From: Amoebidium appalachense
Taxonomy: Eukaryota; Protista; Ichthyosporea
NCBI GenBank assembly: GCA_963693365.1
Contig: CAVNZM010000003.1
Span: 7,373,312-7,437,311, forward strand
Length of the DNA: 64,000 bases
Reading direction: 5' to 3'
The position numbers and the translations under genes were made by a program. The notes below the pieces were generated by a model. The model was not told where the DNA came from. It worked only from the letters and a program-made list of their open reading frames with translations, and did no database searches. Of the stretch, positions 41,751-58,357 are shown piece by piece (position 1 is the stretch's first letter; the number at the start of each line of letters is the position of its first letter).

Positions 41751-43591
41751 GGGAGGGGGGGGAAGGGGGGGGGGGGGGGGAGGGGGGGAGGTAAGGAGAG
41801 CAATAAGTTGAAAAAACCGTGAAGGGGTTTATGTGTTGGGATTGGGGGACTATTATAACAATAGATTCCTGCACATAGTAATCACAATAACCATAAAAGG
41901 CAAGAAATAGACCTACCATAGTGGATGTAGCAACACACAGGGGCAGCTCGAGTGCGCGTTTGTTGTATGCCACATCAAAGCCCACCACGGCAACCACTAT
42001 GGCCAGGCACCATTGGATAAGAATCACGGCCATGGCGGTGACGTACGTGACATTAATCCTGCGCATATTCACCACCATCTCCTCCTTCTCGTAATCGTAT
42101 TCTGTCTCCACCCAGAATGCTGATATCGTATCGTGGAACAGAATTTCAATCGCGGGCCACTCGAAAATTTAATCGTCTTCTGTGGTCTTGAGCGGGTTTA
42201 CGGAACCATTTACGGCCTGCCTTACGTAAGCAATCAGGTCGAAGCGTGCAGTGTATGTGTCGAATGGATAGTTGTACTGGCTACCCTGGGGGGTTATATT
42301 CTCTGTCAGTTTCCATTGCACAATGCAACATGTCCAGATGTGTACAACACTGCCCTATTCCCTGGCCCCTGCAAAGGATTGCACACATATTCCCGCCTAC
42401 CGGCCACACATGCTGAGCAAACACACAAACACACGCACACGCACACAAACGCACGTCCATGCATGCACTCACACGTACACAAACACCGTGTGTGTGCGCG
42501 TACACAAACACACATACTCATGCCTACATCAGGCAACAGTCACGCGGCAATGCCTGTACACACACCCAATAACAATCTCGCCCACACCCACAGACCCATT
42601 CCCTCAACTCCCCCCGCCCCCCTCCCCCGACCCCTCGCGGTACTCCCCCTCCTCCTCCCCCCCCCCCCCCCACCACCACCACACACGCACACATACTCAG
42701 TGGGTACCGCCCATGTACATGCGCGTGTCAGAACACTGGCACATGCGCAAGCTCACTGCCACACGTGCACCTGTTTCATGCAGCTTAGGGAAGCCCACAC
42801 ACCACACAGCCACTTCCCCGCATGCACGTCCCCCTTCACCCACCTCCGTAAGCATAGTGCTTGCGTCCACAGGAGTCAGGGCCTCGTGCCTGCTAGCCCG
42901 GTACAGTTTTCTGTTTGTGTCGTACAACAGCACCACGTCCCTGTTTGTGTAGTAGCTGCATTCGCTCATGTTCCGATCGCAGCTGGGCGGGTCAGGTCTG
43001 TCCGAGCTTCCCTCAGTGATGTTGCGTTGCAGTGAGGGTTTGACAATTGCCGTTGTGTTTGTGAAAGCATCGATCCGCTTGAACTTTGGCCCGTTCTGCG
43101 CGTGGAATGCTGTGTAAGAGAAGAAAACATAAACCGTTCCTCATTTAACCTCCCCCCTCCACACCCCCACCCTCCCCCCTCCCCTCTTCCCCCCCCCCCC
43201 CCCCCCCTTCTCCTCTCCCCCCTCCCCCCCTCGCCTCTCCTCAACACACACACACACACATACCCTCACCCCCCAGCCATGACATGTTTAGTCCGCAACA
43301 GGCACGGCACACTCATACCTGCACGAGGCACCCACAGACACTGGGCTGTATCCTGAAGTCCACCGTACCCTTAGCCAGGTCTGCGCTGGTCAGCACCACC
43401 GCTAGCTGCACCTTGAACTGACTGCCGGACACCTCGGACGGGGCGATTCTATAGATAACGTCATCTTCTTGTATGCTATGATGCCACGCAACGTACCCGC
43501 CTACCCCGGCTAAAACCAGGGCTATCAAGGTTGCGATGAGGAATACTAGGCGTGTGCGTGCAAAGTGCTTCTGCAGGAGTTTCCACGCCAT
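40028..43591 (-). pseudogene. DUF4436-like membrane protein, copy A; in-frame TAA in exon 3 (null allele, pseudogene or base error)
   Basis: Exons 43591-43319, 43095-42844, 42285-41917, 40381-40028, with the same phase-0 structure as copy B. Motifs GSQYNYPFDTY, IQWCLAI, IFSLPNLRNTMPNAPPIGCAADMLSLFWAELI. TAA at 42171-42169 aligns with Tyr in copy B. Confidence 0.8.
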
Positions 43592-44170
43592 GGCGAAGAC
43601 CTAGTCTCACACTGCCATGTTAGCACGGAGATGATTTGAAAGTGCGTTTCATGGGGTGCATTCGCATCAGTTTCCGTGTGCGTGTGTGGCTGCCGCCTTC
43701 CTTGATTCAAAAGTGAACCTTACGCATGTTACATGATGCAACACTACAGAAGGAGCTCTGGCCAATTCTCTATGTGAGGGCCGGGCGGCTCGCCATATAA
43801 GCGCTTTGTGAGCCTCCCGGGTGGTTAGTGTCTCGAGCCGGTTACAAAAAGACTCTTCCTTGAGGGCAGTGGTGTAGTGACAACTTACAAGAAGTAAACA
43901 TTCCAGGATAAAAAAACCCGCCCACGATTTATCCATTGGAATGTGTCGGGACCAAACAACAGAAAACCAGAGCCACTACTATGATAACCAGTTGCATGAA
44001 CAAACTTTGCGTACACGCGTGAATAAGCAGGCCAAGGCCTTGAAACACGCACGCAGCCGCTGAAGCACGCTTTCGTGTCCAAGTTTCAGCACTTCCACCG
44101 CCTCTTGCACGCTTTGGTTTCAGCAATGTACACACACCAATAGCCACATACTGGCCGAAAGCTTTGCACC
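43592..44170. promoter_or_regulatory. Putative bidirectional promoter between the two DUF4436-like start codons
   Basis: 579-bp spacer free of microsatellites between divergent ATGs. Confidence 0.6.
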
Positions 44171-48052
<3,882 letters not shown>

Positions 48053-48062
48053 ATGTGTGTGT

Positions 48063-48101
<39 letters not shown>

Positions 48102-48851
48102 TGTGTGTGTGTCTGTTTGCACATGCGGACGTGTGTAACTCTGGCCCGGTCTGCATGGTTTACGAACGATTATAGGCGGTTTATTGACCCATCCGCTTGC
48201 ACAAGCTTCGTGCAATGTCAGATGTATTGAGTTGGGGATATCGAGGTTTTATTGGTGCCGGCAGGAAGGCTATTGCATAGACAGCGCAGTTAGCCTGAAA
48301 GGGGGGGGAGGGGAGGGGGGGGGGGGGGGGGGGGAATAGCTAACTCTGAAAGCTATAATGCAGTAACGAATGTTTCATATATAGCATGATCGTAATCAAG
48401 TTGCTATGTGATCGATTTGTGTTCCTAAGTGTTATATGCCACACTTTGCCCTAAACCTTGCCATAAATGTATGTCGGTACATAGTCGTTGTCTTATATGT
48501 AAGATGCATATTTCTCTAGCTAGCACCCTACTATCAGAACCAACGATGGTTTTCCTTATAAATTATTAGCTATCTAATCAAATAATGCGAAGATGCATGC
48601 TGGCTGTATTGTCCATATTAAGTGTTAGTCCAACAGCCATATATGGTGATATTGCTAACGAGCCCTGTGTTGGGCTAGAAACAACCCAGATAAATCAAGG
48701 TAAACATTTTGGGACCGGTGGGGGAACACATTGCTACCAGCCTTAACGCCATTAGTAAAGATATTTTAAATTTACCACTAGCCAACTATGGAGTTTCTCG
48801 TTCCTTCCCTTTGGTAGGTGTGGCGGCGTGTAAACATGCATGGGTGTGCGT

Positions 48852-48922
<71 letters not shown>

Positions 48923-49009
48923 GGGATGGGCGGATGGCGGTCGACACGTGTTGGCGCTATTTCTCTTTTATTTCTTGTTCCCCTTTTCTTTTTTTTTTTT
49001 GGGGGGGGG

Positions 49010-49041
<32 letters not shown>

Positions 49042-49424
49042 ATGATGTCAGGCTTTAGTTTAAAAGAGTTCTCAATTCACGATCATGAGTTATGTAAAAG
49101 ACTCGCCATAATTCTGCAAGCAATTGCAACCACTCGATTGCAAATCACGTCCTATGCATATAACACAAACACGTGTGCAAACACACACACACAAACACGT
49201 GTACAAACACACACACAAAACATTTGTGCAAACATACACAAACACACACACACACATTCACCGGTTTGCTTGCTGTCTTCATTGTTTCATTGGGTGGGTA
49301 CACACTTTACAACAGCACCAAAATCCTAATCAACCGTGATATACAACAATGAACACACAGTATGCCACAAAACCAGTGCCCCATATCCCGCGGGCAAAGT
49401 AAAACGAACATTTCTTTGCCGTAT

Positions 49425-49680
49425 GGTCATTTTGTTGCCTTTAATAGTTTTGCCATATTTGGCTTGAAGGCCAGCGGTATCCATATATGGTCACATGCTG
49501 CATTTAGTGTTTTCCAGATTTGGCTCTAAGGTGACCGTATCCATATATGGCCACATGCTGCCTTTAATTTTTTTTGCCATATTTGGCTCGAAGGCGACGG
49601 TATCCACATTTGGTTACATGTTGCCTTTAATGTATTTGCCATATTTGGCTGGACGGTATCCATATATGGTCACATGCTGC
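49425..49680. repeat. Degenerate tandem repeat (about 62 bp, 4 copies), each unit with two CArG-like boxes
   Basis: CC(A/T)6GG at 49453, 49481, 49541, 49577, 49639, 49660. One-mismatch versions at 49514 and 49604. Confidence 0.85.
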
Positions 49681-49853
49681 ATGGACCAATAGGAAGCATC
49701 AGCATTCCTCGAGCAGTCTAAAACACACCACATATCAGTGGCTTTTCGTATATACTATGATCATATTGGTTTACAAAGGCATGTCTAAACCTGTCTCAAA
49801 GATCATAACTGTATAATTATCATTTTGTATGTAGCAGATTGTACATTCTACTC

Positions 49854-49950
49854 TTAAAACTGGCGCTTGCTCAGAATGGCGTCGGCTCCCTTTTGGATGG
49901 CCTCGATGTCCTGTGGGTAACACGTGCAGTGAATATGTAAGCATGGAGGG

Positions 49951-49991
<41 letters not shown>

Positions 49992-50030
49992 TGTGTGTGT
50001 GTGTGTGTTGGGCACGTGTTCTTGTGTGTG

Positions 50031-50094
<64 letters not shown>

Positions 50095-50723
50095 CATTTG
50101 CGCATGTGTTCTTCGATCCTGTAAACATACGTTACAAATTGTGTCGTGTGTGGTGTCTGGCCAGCATGGCTCCCTATTGGTGTGAGGATACAGTGCGTCA
50201 ACATGCACATGTGCATGTTTGCAGGTGCATGCAAGTGTGTGGTATGTTTCGAATGGTGCACCTATACACACGTTCGTGGCAAGAATGCGGTGAGCAGGGG
50301 AGGTAACGGGACACAAGAGACCCCATAGCCAGGTTTGGGGGAGAGAGGCGAGGAAGGCCTGCATACCTGAGTTCTAGCCAGCCATTCGGAGGGCACGCCA
50401 TGCACTGCGCCCAGCACTGCACCAATCATATGGGCCCGTGAGGCATTGTCCCCGCCTGCTAGAATGTTCTGCCGCACACCCTCCTGCACACATCCATATA
50501 TGGTCAGCACGTGCCCCCCCCCCCCCCCCCCCCCCCCAACCTCCCTTACTGTACAACGAAATCAACACCCACAGAAAAGCACACACTATCTGTCTCGTAC
50601 ACATTTTGGCTCTGTAGTTCTTTTTGAGCAACTATCCCCTCCCCCCCTCCCTCCCCAAGAGGGAATCTTTTCATGTAGGTGTATGGGAGTGAGGGCTCGT
50701 TGAAGGAAGGCAAGACACCCCGG

Positions 50724-50761
<38 letters not shown>

Positions 50762-51039
50762 GTAGAGAGAGAGAGAGCCCTCATGGGTTAAAGGCTTGGG
50801 GTGGGAGAGAGGGAGAGAAACAAAGTCTCCGGAGGGGAAGGGGGGGAGGGGGGGGAAAGAGAGAAAGGGGAAACGGAGTGAGAAAAAACTCTGTGAGAGG
50901 AAAAGGGGGTGAGATGATGAGAACCTCAAGATAGTCTCAAAACTAGGGGGACCCGGGAGAGAGAAAATGGCAGTGTTGTCAACAGTCATGGCAAGAGCAA
51001 GAACAAGGGACGGGCGGGCAGGCGGGGACGGGGGGAGGG

Positions 51040-51073
<34 letters not shown>

Positions 51074-51503
51074 CCTCGTAGGAGTTTGCAGTCAGCAACA
51101 CGTGGATGACACCCATAAAGGCCCCAGGGTTGGCGCAGGACGTGCCCATGGCCGGAAACTCGGGCTTGATCTCCTTGCCGTACTATATTACCATGTATGG
51201 TGAATGGGTGGAAATTAACTATTTATGTTCCTAGATCACACCTCCTTATTGGCTCCTTTGGAATAATAATAATGATCAACGGCTAGCTAACAAGGATTGC
51301 CACCTCTGCCTTCCCATACTGCAGACACCTTCCAGACCAGTGTTGCCAACACACAACCTCAAAATCCCCCCCCAACACCATCCAGCCTTAGCAGACACAT
51401 TACTATGTTTAGACGTTTCTCATCTCATTCTTGCCCTCGTTCTCCTTTCTGTGCAGCAAATACACACACATACCAAAGTTACCGGCAGGCAGCACACACC
51501 TTA

Positions 51504-51535
<32 letters not shown>

Positions 51536-52487
51536 CCCCTCCCCCCTTCCCCCCGTCTCCCCTGCCCGTTCACTCTCCCTGTTTAAAATGGCGATACCTA
51601 GCAACACCCCCTCCGCACATGACATTCTTTCCTCCACCTTTACAGCCACATCAGCCCAGATCCAAAGCACGAACCTATCAATAACCCCGCCCCCCCCCCC
51701 CCCCCCCCCCCCCCCCGCCCCCCCCAAGTAATGCAATAACTCAACCCACCTCTACAAGGAATGCCCTAGTGGACTGCTCTGTCCCCCCCTCAGCCCTCTC
51801 GATTGCCGTTGCTACGGCAGGGGCAGCCACAGTCTTTGCTGAGCCAATCGCATCGCGGATGCTGGCGCCAGACGCCACCTAAAGGGGCATAACGATTGGT
51901 GCTTCAGAACTGCAGTGAACACGCTGTACCAAGGGAATGCAAACTGGAACACAGTGTACCAACTGGGATAGAAATAAGAAGCACGGTGATATAAAAGGAC
52001 ATGGCGCCCTAACACGGATTTTCTAGTCACTGCAAATTGTCCTTTACGAGGTCAATGGGTCTGTTGTGGGTTAAGAGTTGTAGGTGTGCACATGCATGCA
52101 CCGACTTTCTTCTTTCTTCCCATTTTCATAACCTTGTCCGACAACACAACTCAAACCTTCTCTCTTCCGTTAGGTTGGCCCTACTTCCTCAACCCTCTAT
52201 CCCTCCCCTCCCCCCCTCCCCCCAACCCTTCTCTTATTGCTCACCCCTGCCTGCCCCCACCCTTTCCACCCCCCAAAAAACTTTGGAAAGAAACAGAACA
52301 TATCCACAGTACTCCATCATACGTTCTCGTCCCAAAACGACCTCCCCCCCACTCCCGCTCTCCGCAAATCCCCCCCCCCCCCCTCCCCCTCACCACCCCC
52401 CTTCCCCCCACACACCACCATCCCCTTCCCGCTTCCCTCCCCCCTTCCCCCCCCCCCCTCCCCCCCCCCTCCCCCCCCCCCCCCCCC

Positions 52488-52521
<34 letters not shown>

Positions 52522-52892
52522 AAAAAACAAACAAACAAAAAAAAAAACACCACCAACACCCTCAGCACCACCTGTCACCCCGTATGCACACACACTGCAT
52601 CAGCAGACCATTGCACGGTTCCCATCGATGTTTCATCGTCACCCGAGGGTACAAACCACGTAAAGGTCAAATTCGCCCCAACAAGCAAGAATCCATAGAC
52701 GGGCGAGCGGGCGAGCAGGCCAACGGGGAGAGGGGGGGGGGAGGGGGGAGAAGGAATACCTTTTCGAGGATGTGTGTGAGGGTGTGTGTGATGTCCACCA
52801 GCAGATTGTCCTTTTGGTGGGTGCGGGCAAAGATCTCCGTCTTGGAGGCCAGCTCACTGGTGCCACCGTACAGCGCGGTCACAGCTGCAATC

Positions 52893-52989
<97 letters not shown>

Positions 52990-54020
52990 ATGCGTATGTG
53001 CGTGTGTGTGCATGTGTGCATGTGTGCATGTAGAAACGTGTGGGTCAGACGTTTCATACGGAATATATCTGTGTGTGCTGGGTAGAGAGGAAGGGGGGGG
53101 GGGGGACAAGGCCATCCCGTCTTTGGGCTGATAAACGAGAGTGTGTGGTGTTTTGTGTTAACACAGCTCAAAGAAATATATTCATTGACTGCCGCCCGGT
53201 TAGCCTTCATGCATGCCCTTCCTGACCCCCACACTACACTTTTTGTTCTTAGTCAAAGAATAAAATAAAACAAACATAAATGGTACAGGGAATGGGTGTG
53301 GGGTGAAACATGTATATGTGCCCACGCATAAGCGTGCGCAGTTGTGCCTGTGTGAGTGTTTTGTGTGTTGAAGGAGGTAGTGTGAGAGGTGGGCAAAGAG
53401 GGGGCTGGGGGGTACCAGCAGGGGGACGGGAAGGGGAGGGACGGAGGGGGGGATATGTGGACATACCCTCGGGAAGCTGTTTGCCTGGTTGTCATCTGCC
53501 CCCACATCGGGATACCTCAGCCCCTTATCATAGTTCTCAATGAAGAGCTTGCTGGCATGGTCCACACGCCCTGGGAGTGGAAGAAGGGCGGAGCCAAGGG
53601 GGAGAAACATGAGCGCGGGGAGGGGGGGGGGGGGGAAGAAAGGGAGGAAGAAGGGCAGAACGCGCAGGGGGGGGGGGGGGGGGGGGGGGGGGAGAACCGT
53701 ATTAGGTTCGAATGCAAAAAAAGGCGTGAAAAGGGTAGGGTGTGGGATGGGAGGGGCGGGGGGGGGGGGGAGGGGGGGGGGGGGGTATGAAAAGCGACAT
53801 AATAGACGTGGACATCGACCAATGAACTATGCACTCACGGCGCGCTGGTCAAAAAACGATCTATCCGATATGCTTTGACAAGGCATCGAGGATTTTGTAT
53901 GCCTAAGCAACATAGGACGGTCACCAGCTTCAGAGGTGCCAAGCATGTAACAAGGGAAACACTCGAAACAAAAAAAGAGGGGTGTGTGTGTGTGTGTGCG
54001 TGTGTGTGTGTAATTAATAG

Positions 54021-54053
<33 letters not shown>

Positions 54054-54178
54054 GTTATTGTGGCAGCATGATCATTGAACGTAAGGGGCAGAGATAGAGA
54101 CCACAAAGGGGCTGGAAGGAAGGAGAAGCAGTACACTGAGAGGTGAGGAATGATGAAACACTCGAAACAAAAAAAGAG

Positions 54179-54227
<49 letters not shown>

Positions 54228-55828
54228 TAATAGCGGCCGGAGGGGGGGGGGAGGGGTGTTATTGCGGCAGCATGATCATTGAACGTAAGGGGCAGAGATA
54301 GAGACCACAAAGGGGCTGGAAGGAAGGAGAAGCAGTACACTGAGAGGTGAGGAATGCTGGGGGGGGTACATTCAGAGCCGAATGAACGAAACATAGGACA
54401 GTGGGAGCAGAGATGGACCAAAAAGCTAGGTTGTGTGTGTGTGGGCGAGGGGGGGGGGGGGGGGGGGGGGATTGTGAGGGGAGCGTCCGTGAGAGAACTT
54501 CGTGAGAGACACAGATAAGACGAGCAAACCGAGGGGAGAGGGGAAAGGAGAAAGAGGAAGGGAGGGGGGGCAGGGGAGGGGGGAGGGGGGAGGGGGCAGG
54601 GCGGGTTTGGTTGGATGGTGTGCTGGGACACACCTGTGTAAGCTCTGAGCCAGTCTCTGAGATCCGAGGCATAGCTATCGGCATCAAGGCTGCCTTTCTG
54701 TGTGGGGGGAGATGGTGGGGGGGGGGGGGGGGGGGGGGGATATGGGTTCATTCCACAAAGCCACAAAACCTGCCTCCCTGTGACTCCTTTCCCCCCTCCC
54801 CCTCTGCCTCCGCCCTGCCCCTCCCTTCGTTTCCCCCCTCCCCCTCCGCCTCCCCTCTGCCCCTCTCCCCCTACCCCTCCCACTTCCTCCTCCCACAACC
54901 CCCTCCCCCCTGCCGCCTAGGACCTTACTTGTCAAGGGTGGTTAAATTAGTGCCCCCCTCCCTCCTCCCCCCCACCACCACCACCACCTACGCACACACA
55001 CACACCTCCTCCTCCTCACTTTCCACCTTTTCCCTTCTCCTGCGCAACCCTTAACTTCTCATGCAACATGCAACAAAAAACGCAGCCATCACAAAACACA
55101 GTCACACGCAGGCCCAAGCACCCTACCCACTCACCTGAGCCAGATAGTCCACCATGAACCGTCCGTGTTCACCGTAGGGAGAGGGCTGGCCAGTCAAGTA
55201 GTGGCCGGGGAAGTCCGAATTGTTATAAAACGGGCAGGAGGGTGGCGAGAAAAACTAAAGGTGGGTGGGAAGGGGGGTTAGATCATAGAGGGATTGGACT
55301 GCGGAATTAAGGTACGAGCTTGATGTCTGCATTTTGGGTGCCTTACTCTCTCTGTGTAGTACTTTCCACCATTGCTCTCCCTGTGCAATACTTTCCACCA
55401 TTGCTCTCCCAGTATTACTAGAGTAACCCCAGTATTACTAGAGTAACCAGTGTAGCTGTGTATACGTTGGCAGCGTTTATGCACCGAGTAAAAAATATGG
55501 CCTCCTAGAGCAAACTAGAAGGTATTGGTAATAATACACACGCTGGCTGTGCTCGAAAAAAGACTTGGACAACACGGAATGAGAATCGACTGGCAGGCGA
55601 GAAAGATGTGTGAAGGGGGGTAATTACGACTGATGGGGAGAAAAAACGCTGGAGAAGGAAATGATTAGGAAGCCAATGAGCACAACATACCTCCGGATCG
55701 CTCTCACCACCAACAAGCTCCTTGATCTTTGCGTCGTCATAAATCCAGTGCAGGGGCATGGTGGCCACGTCAGCAACAAACGCCCCAACAACTGCGTCAC
55801 GCAGCTTGGGAAGGGAGAGGGACGCCAT
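49854..55828 (-). CDS. ADP-ribosylglycohydrolase-family protein, crystallin J1/SelJ-like, Cys form (about 322 aa)
   Basis: Exons 55828-55691, 55254-55135, 54697-54634, 53570-53467, 52891-52760, 51878-51750, 51182-51075, 50483-50367, 49910-49854. Motifs [97 protein letters not shown]. One acceptor reads CG instead of AG (52893-52892). Confidence 0.9.
53956..54356. repeat. Tandem duplication of about 200 bp within an intron of the ARH-like gene
   Basis: 53956-54152 and 54155-54356 share near-identical unique sequence and differ in the (GT)n and G-run parts. Confidence 0.95.
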
Positions 55829-56189
55829 GTTTTGCGTAAGGGTTGGAGTCAGGGTACACACTTGACGGATAGGCCACATATGGGTGAGCGGAGGGGTTTT
55901 GTGGGGTGGGGGGAGCGGAAGACTCTATATACACTGTGAACTGACCGAGTGAGGCCCTGGGCACCAAAACAAAACCGCAAACAAAAAATTTTGCACCACT
56001 GAACTTGAAAAGATTGTGCAGGGTTCGAATTTTAGTTTCGAATTATTGGGGGGGCAAACTGCTTCTTCGGTATTCGAGGGGCTGTACCATTCCCTTGGAC
56101 GATCTTTTGGAAATCGTCCAAGAAGTTTGGTAAATTACCAAACGTTTTTTGATAATATCGAACTCTGAGATTGTGAGCCTCACGGTGCT

Positions 56190-56310
56190 AGTGATTGGTG
56201 GATGAAGACCAATAGGAGTTTTACGTGACCTATAATCGATCTGATTGGTTACTGTTTCAATTTGTTTACATAGCAAGGAGCCAATAGGAATCACTTGCCA
56301 TTGGATTCAA
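56190..56310. promoter_or_regulatory. CCAAT/ATTGG cluster upstream of the ARH-like gene
   Basis: ATTGG at 56194, 56244, 56300 and CCAAT at 56209, 56281, about 370-480 bp upstream of the ATG. Confidence 0.5.
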
Positions 56311-57409
56311 TTTCCTGGTTCAAATGATTTGAATCGTGTGACTGACCTGCACTGAGTCACATACACAAATTTGACCGAGGGCCTTGTCACCACATGTCGA
56401 CCACAACGGCATGCATATGCACGCAGTGTCCCATGCGCGGTGATGGACACATTGACCAGCAGCAGCATGTAATAGGAACTGCCAGCCTCACCCTCCCTGA
56501 CATAATTGTCCGGGTGACTACGTACACAACCCACTGCCCCCCCTTCCCCCCCCCCCCCCCCCCCTCCCTCCCTCCTTTTGTCCCCCCCCCCCCCCCCCCC
56601 TTCCCCCCCCCCCCCCTCCCCCCGGCACACACCCACCGTCCACCCACAACCCACACATGGCTCCATTCAGGGTTCCTGCCCAGTCCCCAGCCGCCTCTCT
56701 CTCTCCCACCCACCATCCACACACCTCATTACCTCATTTTTGTAAATCCTCTTTGGCATCTAGCTATCTTCTGCTCCACAGGCCGGGACGTCGCTTTTTC
56801 ACTGAGTACTTTACATCTACGTGTCAATCCTGGTTTGTTTGGGTCAAGCCTAATTATAGATTTTAAAGCTCGAGTTTTGATACATGGTACCTCTCTAATT
56901 GCAGGTCTTGGTGAAATCTGCTCCTGGGGGGCCCCTACTAAGTCTTGAAAGAATTATTCTTCCACTTCCCCCCTTTCCTAGGCCTAGGTAGGGCTTGCTT
57001 GCCAGGGCAATCAGTGTGGTTGTATCTGAGTGTGTGCATGACAGTGTACACCTCTCCTGATGCCCGTGTGTGCTTTTGTTGCTGGCATGCGTGTTTGTGT
57101 TTCTGCCACGGTCAGCATGGGAATAAATAATACAGGTGTTTCCGTTGGCATTACTCCGGCTGCTTCCTCCCTCCCTCCCTCCTCTCCCCCCCCCCCCCCC
57201 CCCCCCCCCCCCCGCCCCTCCTTCTTCCCCCCCCCCCCCTCCTCCCCCTCCCCCCCCCCCCCCCCCGCGCCCCCTGCTGCTGTGTGTAGTTTCACATAGA
57301 TAGATGACGAGTGAAGCCTGTGTTCTAGCTCTCTGTGCACGTGTGTACGTTCTCTCTCTCTTCCTTCTCTCCCTCTCTTTCTTTTCCTTTTTTTCTTCTC
57401 TCTCTTTTT

Positions 57410-57647
<238 letters not shown>

Positions 57648-58357
57648 ACACGGGTGATAGACCCGTGTGCACAGCCCCGGCCATCCTGGCCATATCGATA
57701 TTAGTGAGAGCTGTGTGAGCACAAGTGTTAGCTGTGTGCGCGTGTTGTAACGGTGAAGCTTGTGTTAACTTAGAAGCTTCTGTGTTTTGATAAGTTAGAT
57801 CTCCAATAATTGTGCTCCTGATTTATTTATTTGTTGGTTGGTTAACGTGCTCAGTGTGAGATGTCTCTGTTAGCAGAACGTGCCCCGAGGTTAGGAGGGG
57901 AAAGTGTACATAGAAAAGTGTGGTTTCACATAACCGCAGGTTAGTGATGTGCGGTTTGGATCCGATGAAGAATGTACGATAGATTGAAGTAGTTTCCGAT
58001 TGGTTGAAATCGGAATAAATTTGATCTATTATCTCTTAGTCACTTTTGACCGCGGCCTCTCAGAGCTTGTATGTTGCCTCTTTGCCTCGAGTAAACAGCG
58101 TAAACCCCACAGTCATTACAATAGACAAAGTTTGATTGCGGGTAATCGGATCTTGCTTTACGAACGGCAATTGGTTCAAAATGACGTAAAGCTACCAAAG
58201 GAGTAAAAAAAAAAGACATGATCTGGCTGCCCAGGCTTTTTTATACAACGAGATTAAATGTTCATTTTAAAATGTTTGAGCATTCCGATTGGTCATTACA
58301 TAATAAGCGATTTGATTGGTCATTACAGCCAGAAGGACCCCTCCGGAGTCCGGAGAC

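Noticed and set aside
42169-42171. Genetic code change (TAA = Tyr)
   Set aside because: TAA terminates the ankyrin, DUF4436-B and ARH-like genes, and no other in-frame TAA occurs in the exons I assembled.
51130-51140. Selenocysteine codon in the SelJ-like gene
   Set aside because: The codon is TGC (Cys), not TGA.
55360-55450. Two short direct duplications (ACTTTCCACCATTGCTCTCC and CAGTATTACTAGAGTAACC)
   Set aside because: Consistent with ordinary local slippage in an intron.
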